NCBI GenBank assembly: GCA_031359995.1
Contig: JANMAT010000009.1
Span: 12,547-44,546, forward strand
Source: Actinomycetes bacterium
GTDB taxonomy: Bacteria; Actinomycetota; Acidimicrobiia; Acidimicrobiales; Ilumatobacteraceae
DNA: 32,000 nucleotides
Direction: 5' to 3'
The stretch's first letter is position 1. The number at the start of each line of letters is the position of its first letter. The position numbers were made by a program, and so were the translations under genes. Shown piece by piece: positions 16,617 to 23,924 of this stretch. The notes below the pieces were generated by a model. The model saw only the letters and a program-made list of their open reading frames with translations, ran no database searches and was not told where the DNA came from.

Positions 16617-17435
16617 ATGGCCGACGATGTGGTGCTCTACGAGGTGCGGGAACCGGGGATCGCCGTGATCACCCTGAACCGGCCCGAGCAGCTGAACGCG
16701 TGGACCGGCGCCATGGGCCACGCCTACTACGACGCCCTCGACCGCGCCGGCGGCGACGATGCCGTTCGGGTGATCGTGGTGACCGGGGCCGGGCGCGGCT
16801 TCTGCGCGGGGGCCGACATGAAGATGCTGCAGGGCATCGGTGACCGCGGCGACGAGGGTGGTGGCGCCACCGCGCCGGCGCGTGTGTTCCACCACGCCCT
16901 CAGCATCCCCAAGCCGATCATCGCCGCCGTCAACGGCGCCTGCGCCGGCATGGGCTTCAGCCACGCCATGGTGTGCGACCTGCGCTTCGCCGCCGCCGGC
17001 GCCAAGTTCACCACCGCGTTCGTGCGCCGCGGCCTGATCGCCGAGTGGGCGCTGGCGTGGACGCTGCAGCGTGTGGCCGGCCCCGCCCGCGCCCTCGACG
17101 TGCTGCTGTCGGGCCGCGTCGTGCTGGCCGAGGAGGCCAAGGAGCTCGGCATCGTGAACGAGGTGGTGGCGCCCGACGCGCTCATGGATCGCGTCATCGC
17201 CTACGCGACCGACCTCATCACCAACTGCTCGCCGTCGTCGATGGCCGCCATCAAGCGGCAGGTGTGGCAGGCCGGCGAGCAGACGATCGAGGAGTCGCTC
17301 GACTGGGCCGTCGAGCTCATGCAGGCGTCGCTCAAGCAGGCCGACTTCAAGGAGGGCGTGACGTCCTTCGTGGAGAAGCGCCCGCCGTCGTTCCCGCCGG
17401 TGCAGAAGGGCTGGGCCACCGACATCGAGCCGTAG
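16617..17435 (+). CDS. Enoyl-CoA hydratase/isomerase (crotonase) family protein
   Basis: 272 aa. Contains ITLNRPEQLNAW, VIVVTGAGRGFCAGADM and PIIAAVNGACAGMGF. Confidence 0.9.
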   Translation: MADDVVLYEVREPGIAVITLNRPEQLNAWTGAMGHAYYDALDRAGGDDAVRVIVVTGAGRGFCAGADMKMLQGIGDRGDEGGGATAPARVFHHALSIPKPIIAAVNGACAGMGFSHAMVCDLRFAAAGAKFTTAFVRRGLIAEWALAWTLQRVAGPARALDVLLSGRVVLAEEAKELGIVNEVVAPDALMDRVIAYATDLITNCSPSSMAAIKRQVWQAGEQTIEESLDWAVELMQASLKQADFKEGVTSFVEKRPPSFPPVQKGWATDIEP

Positions 17436-17486
17436 CGGGGTCCTTCGCCCCTGCCGACCGGACACCGGGGGCGCGACCGTTGGCGG

Positions 17487-18659
17487 ATGACCGCTGGTTG
17501 GGACGCGGAAGCGACGGTCCCCCGTCGCTTCGACCTCCGCGATCTCGACGCGCTCGTCCAAGCGCTGCACGACGCCGGCCACCGCGTCCTCGGACCGGTG
17601 CGGCGCGACGACGCCATCGAGATCGGCGAGATCGCCGGCACCGACGACCTGCCGGTGGGATGGGGTGACGAACAGGCCCCCGGTCGCTACCGCCTGCGGG
17701 CCCGTAGCGACCGGGCCCGGTTCGGCTTCGCCACCACGGCCTCCGGCTGGAAGGCGGTCCTGCACCCGCCCCACGTGGCTCTGTGGCGGGCCGAACGGGT
17801 GAACGGGCGCACCGTCTTCGTCAGCGCGGTGCCCGCCGCTGAGCGCCAGGCGCTGGTCGGCGTGCGCCCGTGCGAGCTGGCCGCCATGGACAAGCTCGGG
17901 CGAGTCCTCACCGGCGCAGTGGTGCCCGACCCGGTGTTCTCGGCCCGGCGGTCGGCGGCGTTCGTGGTCGCCGTGGTGTGCACCGAGGCCGCACCCACGT
18001 GCTTCTGCCCGTCGATGGGCACCGGGCCGGGTCTGCCCGACGCGTCGCGCGCCGCCGACCTGGTGGTGACCGAGGTGGTGGAGGGCGACGGCGACCCGTG
18101 GTACCTCGTGCGGGCGCCGACCGAGGCGGGGGCGGTCGTGCTCGACGGTCTCGGCGCGCCGGCCACCGCCGACGACGAGCGGGTCGCCGATCGCCGGGTC
18201 GCCGCCAACGCCCGCCACATGGAACGGCGCCTGCCGACCCGACCGCTGGCCGCCGCGCTGGCCGAGGCCCGCACCGACGAGGCGCGCTGGCAGGCTCTGG
18301 GCGAGCGCTGCCTGACGTGCGGGAACTGCACGGCGGTGTGCCCGACGTGCTTCTGCACGACGATGGTCGACGGCTCGTCGCTCGATGGCTCGGTCGCGTG
18401 GCGCGACCGCACGTGGGACTCGTGCTTCTCGCTCGAGTTCACCCACATGGTGGGCGGCCCCACGCGCGTGTCGCCCGGCGCCCGCTACCGCCACTGGATC
18501 ACCCACAAGCTGTCGAGCTGGTTCGACCAGTACGGCGAGTCGGGCTGCGTCGGATGCGGCCGCTGCATCACCTGGTGTCCCGTGGGCATCGACATCCGTG
18601 ACGAGGCGGCCGCCGTGGTGCGCGCCGGCTCGGTGAACGGGTCGGGGGGATCGTCGTGA
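17487..18659 (+). CDS. hyhB: [NiFe]-hydrogenase group 3b beta-type subunit (AsrA/HydB-like, 4Fe-4S)
   Basis: 390 aa with ferredoxin-type motifs CLTCGNCTAVCPTCFC and CVGCGRCITWCPVGI. Its position is immediately upstream of the gamma, small and large subunits. Confidence 0.8.
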   Translation: MTAGWDAEATVPRRFDLRDLDALVQALHDAGHRVLGPVRRDDAIEIGEIAGTDDLPVGWGDEQAPGRYRLRARSDRARFGFATTASGWKAVLHPPHVALWRAERVNGRTVFVSAVPAAERQALVGVRPCELAAMDKLGRVLTGAVVPDPVFSARRSAAFVVAVVCTEAAPTCFCPSMGTGPGLPDASRAADLVVTEVVEGDGDPWYLVRAPTEAGAVVLDGLGAPATADDERVADRRVAANARHMERRLPTRPLAAALAEARTDEARWQALGERCLTCGNCTAVCPTCFCTTMVDGSSLDGSVAWRDRTWDSCFSLEFTHMVGGPTRVSPGARYRHWITHKLSSWFDQYGESGCVGCGRCITWCPVGIDIRDEAAAVVRAGSVNGSGGSS

Positions 18660-19474
18660 CCGGCCTGGTGCCCGACGTGTGGCGCGTGGTCGCCCGCCAC
18701 GACGAGGCACCCGCCGTGGTGACGCTGGACCTGGCGCCGGCCGCCGGGCGCCCCCCTCCGTTCCGGCCCGCGCAGGTGAACATGCTGTGCCTGCCCGGCG
18801 TGGGCGAGGTGCCGATCTCGGTGTCGAGCGACCCGCAGCAACCGGCGTGGCGCTCCCACACCATCGGGGCGGCCGGGCCGGTCACCAGCGCGCTGTGGGC
18901 CCTGGGGCCGGGTGACGACGTCGGTGTGCGCGGCCCCTACGGCACGTCGTGGGAGTGCGAGGCGGCCGAGGGTTGCGATGTGGTGATGGTGGCCGGCGGC
19001 ATCGGCCTGGCCCCGTTGCGCTCGGCGCTCATGACCGTGGCCCGTCACCGCAACCGCTACGACCGGGTGCTGCTGCTCGTGGGGGCGTGCACGCCCGCCG
19101 ATGTGATCTTCGCCGCGGACTTCGAGCGGTGGCGCACCCGCGACATCGACGTGCGGGTCACCGTCGACCACGCCGACGCGTCGTGGACCGGCCCCGTCGG
19201 CCTGGTGACCGACCTGCTCGCCGCGGTCGAGATCGACGAGAGCCGCACCGCGGTGTGGATGTGCGGACCCGACCGCATGATGCAGACCGTGGGCGCCGCG
19301 GTGGTGGGGCGCGGCGTGGCCGCACCGTGCGTGCGGCTGGCGCTCGAACGCAACATGTGCTGCGCGGTGGCCCTGTGCGGTCACTGCCAGCTGGGTCCGC
19401 TGCTCGTGTGCCGCGACGGCCCGGTCGTCACCTACGACCGCGTCGCCGCCTTCTACGCCGTGGCCGAGGTGTGA
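18656..19474 (+). CDS. hyhG: [NiFe]-hydrogenase group 3b gamma-type subunit (AsrB/PyrK-like FAD/NAD(P) reductase with 2Fe-2S)
   Basis: 272 aa. NAD(P) site VVMVAGGIGLAPL. C-terminal cluster motif CCAVALCGHCQLGPLLVC. The GTG start overlaps the upstream stop (GTGA 18656-18659). Confidence 0.8.
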   Translation: MTGLVPDVWRVVARHDEAPAVVTLDLAPAAGRPPPFRPAQVNMLCLPGVGEVPISVSSDPQQPAWRSHTIGAAGPVTSALWALGPGDDVGVRGPYGTSWECEAAEGCDVVMVAGGIGLAPLRSALMTVARHRNRYDRVLLLVGACTPADVIFAADFERWRTRDIDVRVTVDHADASWTGPVGLVTDLLAAVEIDESRTAVWMCGPDRMMQTVGAAVVGRGVAAPCVRLALERNMCCAVALCGHCQLGPLLVCRDGPVVTYDRVAAFYAVAEV

Positions 19475-20253
19475 ACGCCGTGGCCCCCGTACGTCCCCGG
19501 CTCGCCGTGTGGAAGTTCGCCTCGTGCGACGGCTGCCGGATGAGCCTGCTCGACTGCGAGGGCGACCTGCTCGCCCTGGCCGACGCGGTCGACATCGACT
19601 ACTTCCCCGCAGCGTCCTCGGCCATGACGGACGGCCCGTACGACCTGTCGCTCGTGGAGGGCTCGGTTTCCTCGAGCGACGACGTGGCCCGCCTGCGCGA
19701 GATCCGCGCCCAGTCGGATGTGCTCGTCACCATCGGGGCGTGCGCCACCGCCGGTGGCGTGCAGGCGCTGCGCAACCTGTCGACGTTGGCCGACATCGTG
19801 CCCGCCGTGTACCCCCACCCCGAGTGGATCGACGCACTGGCCGCCACCACACCGATCGCCGACCACGTCGTCGTCGACGCCGAACTGCGCGGCTGCCCCA
19901 TCGACCGGCGCTCGCTCGTGGAGCTGGTGACCGCCACGCTTGCCGGGCGCCGACCCCAGCTACCCCGCTACCCCGTGTGCGTCGAGTGCAAGGCGGCCGG
20001 CACCACCTGCGTGCTGGTGGCCGGCGGCCTGAGCTGCCTCGGTCCCGTCACCCAGGCCGGCTGCGGCGCGCTGTGCCCCCGGTTCCACCGCGGCTGCTTC
20101 GGGTGCTTCGGTCCGTCGGAGACGCCCAACACGACGGCGCTGGCCGACCACCTGCGCACCACCGGCGTCGACGCCGTCGATGTGGTGCGCCTGTTCCGCC
20201 AGATGACGAGCCAGAGCCCGGTCTTCCGTGCGGAGGCCGAGCGCCATGCGTGA
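19471..20253 (+). CDS. hyhS: [NiFe]-hydrogenase small (delta-type) subunit
   Basis: 260 aa from GTG 19471 (GTGA overlap). Proximal-cluster Cys contexts are KFASCDGC, TIGACATAGG and LRGCPI. The distal Cys-rich region is CVECKAAGTTC...CLGPVTQAGCGALCP...GCFGCFGP. Confidence 0.8.
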   Translation: MNAVAPVRPRLAVWKFASCDGCRMSLLDCEGDLLALADAVDIDYFPAASSAMTDGPYDLSLVEGSVSSSDDVARLREIRAQSDVLVTIGACATAGGVQALRNLSTLADIVPAVYPHPEWIDALAATTPIADHVVVDAELRGCPIDRRSLVELVTATLAGRRPQLPRYPVCVECKAAGTTCVLVAGGLSCLGPVTQAGCGALCPRFHRGCFGCFGPSETPNTTALADHLRTTGVDAVDVVRLFRQMTSQSPVFRAEAERHA

Positions 20254-21508
20254 GCGCAAGCTCGACGTGCCGATCCTGGCCCGGGTGGAGGGCGAGGGCG
20301 CGCTGGCCCTGACCATCCGCGGCGGCCAGGTGACCGACGTGCGCCTGCGCATCGACGAGCCGCCCCGCTTCTTCGAGGCGCTGCTGCGCGGCCGCCGCTT
20401 CGACGAGCCCGTCGACATCACCGCCCGCATCTGCGGCATCTGCCCCGTCGCCCACCAGATGAGCGCGGTGCAGGCGCTGGAGTCGGCGTGTGACGTCACC
20501 GTGGACCCCGCCGTCGACGAGCTGCGCCGCCTGCTGTGCTGCGGCGAGTGGATCGAGAGCCACCTGCTCCACATGGTGATGCTGCATGCTCCCGACTTCC
20601 TGGGTCTCCACCGCAGGATCGACATGGTGCGCGAGCACCGCGAGCAGGCCGAGACGGGGCGGCGCATCAAGCAGCTGGGCAACCGCATCGTCGAGGTGGT
20701 GGGCGGGCGGGCCATCCATCCCGTGAACGTGCGCGTCGGCGGGTTCCACAAGGTGCCGTCGCGCGATGCCCTCGACGCGTTGTTGCCCGACTTCGACCGC
20801 GCCCTCGCCGACCTGCCCGGGCTCGTGCGGTGGATGGCCGGTTTCACGTTCCCCGATCTCGAGCACGACATGGGCTACGTGTGCGTCCGCCACGCCATCG
20901 AGTACCCGATGCACCGCGGTGCGGTAGCCCGTTCGTGGGCCGACGACCTGCGGGTGGAGGCCTGGCCCAGCCACTTCGTGGAGGTGCAGGTGGCCCACTC
21001 CACCGCGTTCCATGCCGAGACGATCGACGGTCGCATGTACGCCGTGGGCCCGCTGGCCCGCTTCGAGCTGTGCCGCGATCGGATGCAGGCGCCGGTGCGC
21101 GAACTGGCCGCCGAGATCGGCCTCGCCGCCGGTACCCGCAACCCGTTCCGCAGCCTGCTGGTGCGGGGCCTGGAGGCCTACGAGGCCCTCTTGGACGCGC
21201 GCCGGCTGATCGACGCGTACCGCGTGCCCGACCGGTCGTTCGAGCCGGTGACGCCCCGGCCCGGCGTGGGTCACGGTGCCACCGAGGCGCCCCGCGGGCT
21301 GCTCTACCACCGCTACGAGATCGCGGAGGACGGCACCATCGCGGCGGCCACCATCGTGCCGCCCACGTCGCAGAACCAGGCCGTGATCGAGCGCGACGTG
21401 AAGGTGTTCGCCCAACGCCACGTGCACCTGTCGAACGCGACGCTGGAGCGCCGATGCGAGCACGTGGTGCGCAACTTCGACCCCTGCATCTCGTGCTCCA
21501 CCCACTGA
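20246..21508 (+). CDS. hyhL: [NiFe]-hydrogenase large (alpha) subunit, ending exactly at the C-terminal His
   Basis: 420 aa from ATG 20246, overlapping the small-subunit stop by 8 nt. N-terminal Ni-Fe ligands RICGICPVAH and C-terminal ligands DPCISCSTH, followed directly by TGA. Confidence 0.9.
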   Translation: MRERKLDVPILARVEGEGALALTIRGGQVTDVRLRIDEPPRFFEALLRGRRFDEPVDITARICGICPVAHQMSAVQALESACDVTVDPAVDELRRLLCCGEWIESHLLHMVMLHAPDFLGLHRRIDMVREHREQAETGRRIKQLGNRIVEVVGGRAIHPVNVRVGGFHKVPSRDALDALLPDFDRALADLPGLVRWMAGFTFPDLEHDMGYVCVRHAIEYPMHRGAVARSWADDLRVEAWPSHFVEVQVAHSTAFHAETIDGRMYAVGPLARFELCRDRMQAPVRELAAEIGLAAGTRNPFRSLLVRGLEAYEALLDARRLIDAYRVPDRSFEPVTPRPGVGHGATEAPRGLLYHRYEIAEDGTIAAATIVPPTSQNQAVIERDVKVFAQRHVHLSNATLERRCEHVVRNFDPCISCSTH

Positions 21509-21511
21509 GCT

Positions 21512-21534
21512 GACGCGCCCTCGACGGGCGCGTC
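21512..21534. terminator. GC-rich hairpin between convergent stop codons (bidirectional terminator candidate)
   Basis: gacgcgccc (21512-21520) and gggcgcgtc (21526-21534) are perfect 9-bp complements around the loop tcgac. The hairpin sits between the hyhL stop (21506-21508) and the stop of the convergent gene (21536-21538). There is no U-tract. Confidence 0.5.
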
Positions 21535-21535
21535 G

Positions 21536-21856
21536 TCAGGCGCCGGCGACCTGGTGGAGCACGGCCCACGTGGGGGTGACCACCACCGCGTCACCGTCGA
21601 CCGTGCCGGTGCCGTCGACCAGCAGGGCCAAGCCGTCGAGTGGGCCGGCCCACAGCAGCGTCACCGTTGGGCGGGCCGTCACGTTGGCCGATGTGCGGCG
21701 GCCGGCGCCCATGCGCAGCGTGCCGTCGTCGCCCACGGTGACCACCACCGACGCCGGGTGGGCCCGACCGTCGTCGCTCACGGTGACCAGGAACCCACGA
21801 GGGCCGAAACGGCCCACCTGGTCGGGCAGCTCGGGCAGGGGCACGGCGATGCTCAT
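21536..21856 (-). CDS. Small PPOX-like / FMN-binding split-barrel family protein (tentative)
   Basis: 106 aa. GFLVTVSDDGRAHPASVVVTVGDDGTLRMGAGRRTSANVTARPTVTLLW resembles the pyridoxamine-phosphate-oxidase-like fold pattern. The assignment is tentative. Confidence 0.5.
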   Translation of the reverse strand: MSIAVPLPELPDQVGRFGPRGFLVTVSDDGRAHPASVVVTVGDDGTLRMGAGRRTSANVTARPTVTLLWAGPLDGLALLVDGTGTVDGDAVVVTPTWAVLHQVAGA

Positions 21857-21916
21857 GGCCTGAGCCTACGCGTGGGGCCGGCCGGCGCCCGGGGGCAGCC
21901 GGTACCCTCGGAGCCC

Positions 21917-23161
21917 ATGCCCACCTCCACGGTCGCCCGCGCCGCGCGCACGCGCCTGGCCGTGGCCGCCGGCCGGGCCGCCAGCCGGGCCTCGCGCCTG
22001 CTGGGCCGGGGGCACGGCGCCGTCATCGGCGGGCGCGTCGCCATGTGGGTCGATCCGGCGGTGCTGGCCAAGCTCGTGGGCGGGCGGCCCGTCACCGTGG
22101 TCACCGGCACGAACGGCAAGACCACCACCACGCGCCTGCTGGCCGCCGGCCTGAGCACCGAGCGCACCGTGGCGGCCAACCGGGGGGCCAACCTGCCGGC
22201 TGGGCTGGTGGAGCCGGCGTCGGAGCGGGCCGACGAGCTCGTCTTCGAGGTCGACGAGCTCTACGTGCCCCAGGTGGTGCGCCAGGTGGGGGCGCGCGTG
22301 CTCGTGCTGCTCAACCTGTCGCGCGATCAACTCGACCGCATCACCGAGATCCGCCGCATCGCCGAGCGTTGGCGCGAGCTGCTGGCCACCGTCGACCGGC
22401 CGCTGACCGTGGTGGCCAACTGCGACGACCCGCTCGTGGTGTGGGCGGTGGGCGACCACGCCGACGTCGTGTGGGTCGCCGCCGGCAGCCGGTGGGGCGA
22501 GGACGCCGCGCTGTGCCCCAGCTGTGCTCGGGTGCGCCACACCGCGGCCGACGGCACCTGGCGCTGCGAGTGCGGCATGGGCCGCCCCGCGCCGCAGTGG
22601 TGGTTCGACGAAGGGTGCGTGCACGGCCCGGGCGACGTCGGCGCCGTACCGATGACGCTGGCCCTGCCCGGCGACTTCAACCGGGCCAACGCATCGCTGG
22701 CGCTGGCCGCCTGCGATTCGCGAGGGGTCGACGTGCGCGCCGCTCTCGTCGCCCTGAGCGCGGTGGCCGACGTGGCCGGCCGCTACGTGACCGTGACCGT
22801 GGCCGGGCGGTCGGTGCGCCTGCTGATGGGGAAGAACCCGGCCAGCTGGACCGAGATCATGCACCTGCTGCACGGCTCGTCCACCCCGGTCGTGGTGTGC
22901 CTGAACGCCCGCGGCGCCGACGGCATGGACCCGTCGTGGATCTGGGACGTGCCGTTCGAGCTGCTGGTCGGGCGCCGCGTGGTCGCCAGCGGCGACCGGC
23001 GGCTCGACCTCAGCGTGCGGCTCAGCGTCGCCGGCGTCGAGCACACCGTGGCGCCCGACGCGGTGAGCGGCGCCCGGGAGCTACCGGTCGGCCCCGTCGA
23101 TCTGGTCGCCACGTACACGGCCTTCCACGACGTGCTGGAGGTGCTCGGTGTCCAGTGGTGA
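21917..23161 (+). CDS. murT: Mur-ligase-family protein MurT (lipid II isoglutaminyl synthase subunit)
   Basis: 414 aa from ATG 21917. P-loop VTGTNGKTTTTRLL, Cys4 ribbon CPSCARVRHTAADGTWRCECG, DUF1727-like C-terminus DGMDPSWIWDVPFE. Followed by an overlapping GatD gene. Confidence 0.85.
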   Translation: MPTSTVARAARTRLAVAAGRAASRASRLLGRGHGAVIGGRVAMWVDPAVLAKLVGGRPVTVVTGTNGKTTTTRLLAAGLSTERTVAANRGANLPAGLVEPASERADELVFEVDELYVPQVVRQVGARVLVLLNLSRDQLDRITEIRRIAERWRELLATVDRPLTVVANCDDPLVVWAVGDHADVVWVAAGSRWGEDAALCPSCARVRHTAADGTWRCECGMGRPAPQWWFDEGCVHGPGDVGAVPMTLALPGDFNRANASLALAACDSRGVDVRAALVALSAVADVAGRYVTVTVAGRSVRLLMGKNPASWTEIMHLLHGSSTPVVVCLNARGADGMDPSWIWDVPFELLVGRRVVASGDRRLDLSVRLSVAGVEHTVAPDAVSGARELPVGPVDLVATYTAFHDVLEVLGVQW

Positions 23162-23873
23162 CTCGGTGCTGCGCATCGCCCACCTGTTCCCCACGGTGCT
23201 CGGCCTCTACGGCGACCGGGGGAACGCGCTCGTGCTGGCTCACCGCGCCGCGCGCCGCGGCATCGCCGCCGAGATCGTGGAGATCGCGCCGGGCCAGGCC
23301 GTGCCCCGCACGTGCGACGTGTACCACCTGGGCGGCGGCGAGGACCTCGCCCAGTCCACCGCGGCCGAACTGCTCATCGCCGATGGCGGGCTGGCCGCCG
23401 CCGTGGCTGCTGGCGCGACGGTGCTGGCCATCTGCGCCGGCTACCAGATCCTGGGCACCACCTTCGCCGCCGGTGGTCGCCAGGTGCCCGGCCTGGGCCT
23501 GCTCGACCTGGCCACCGCGCCCCGCACCGAGCGGGCCGTGGGCGAGTTGGTGGCCGCGGCGATCGACCCCGCCCTCGGCCTGCTGACCGGGTTCGAGAAC
23601 CACGGCGGGGGCACCACGCTCGGCCCCGGCCTGCAGCCGCTGGCTCGCGTGCGCCACGGGCAGGGCAACGGCGTGCACGACGGCACCGAAGGCGTGTGCC
23701 ACGGGCGCATCCTCGGCACCTACCTGCACGGCCCCGCCCTGGCCCGCAACCCGGCCCTCGCCGACCTCGTGCTGGCGTGGGCCACGGGTGTCGAGATGAC
23801 CCCACTCGCCGATGCCACCGTCGACGCCCTGCGCGCCGAACGCTTCGGCGCGGTGGGCATGGGCGGCGGGTGA
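23148..23873 (+). CDS. gatD: Glutamine amidotransferase GatD (CobQ/CobB-type GATase, MurT partner)
   Basis: 241 aa. Contains LRIAHLFPTVLGLYGDRGNALVL, nucleophile context VLAICAGYQILG, and GTYLHGPALARNP. The GTG start overlaps the murT 3' end by 14 nt. Confidence 0.85.
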   Translation: MSSGDSVLRIAHLFPTVLGLYGDRGNALVLAHRAARRGIAAEIVEIAPGQAVPRTCDVYHLGGGEDLAQSTAAELLIADGGLAAAVAAGATVLAICAGYQILGTTFAAGGRQVPGLGLLDLATAPRTERAVGELVAAAIDPALGLLTGFENHGGGTTLGPGLQPLARVRHGQGNGVHDGTEGVCHGRILGTYLHGPALARNPALADLVLAWATGVEMTPLADATVDALRAERFGAVGMGGG

Positions 23874-23924
23874 CCGACCGGTACGTTTGCCCCTCGTGGG
23901 TCGCGAGGATTAGGCCTGTGTCCC

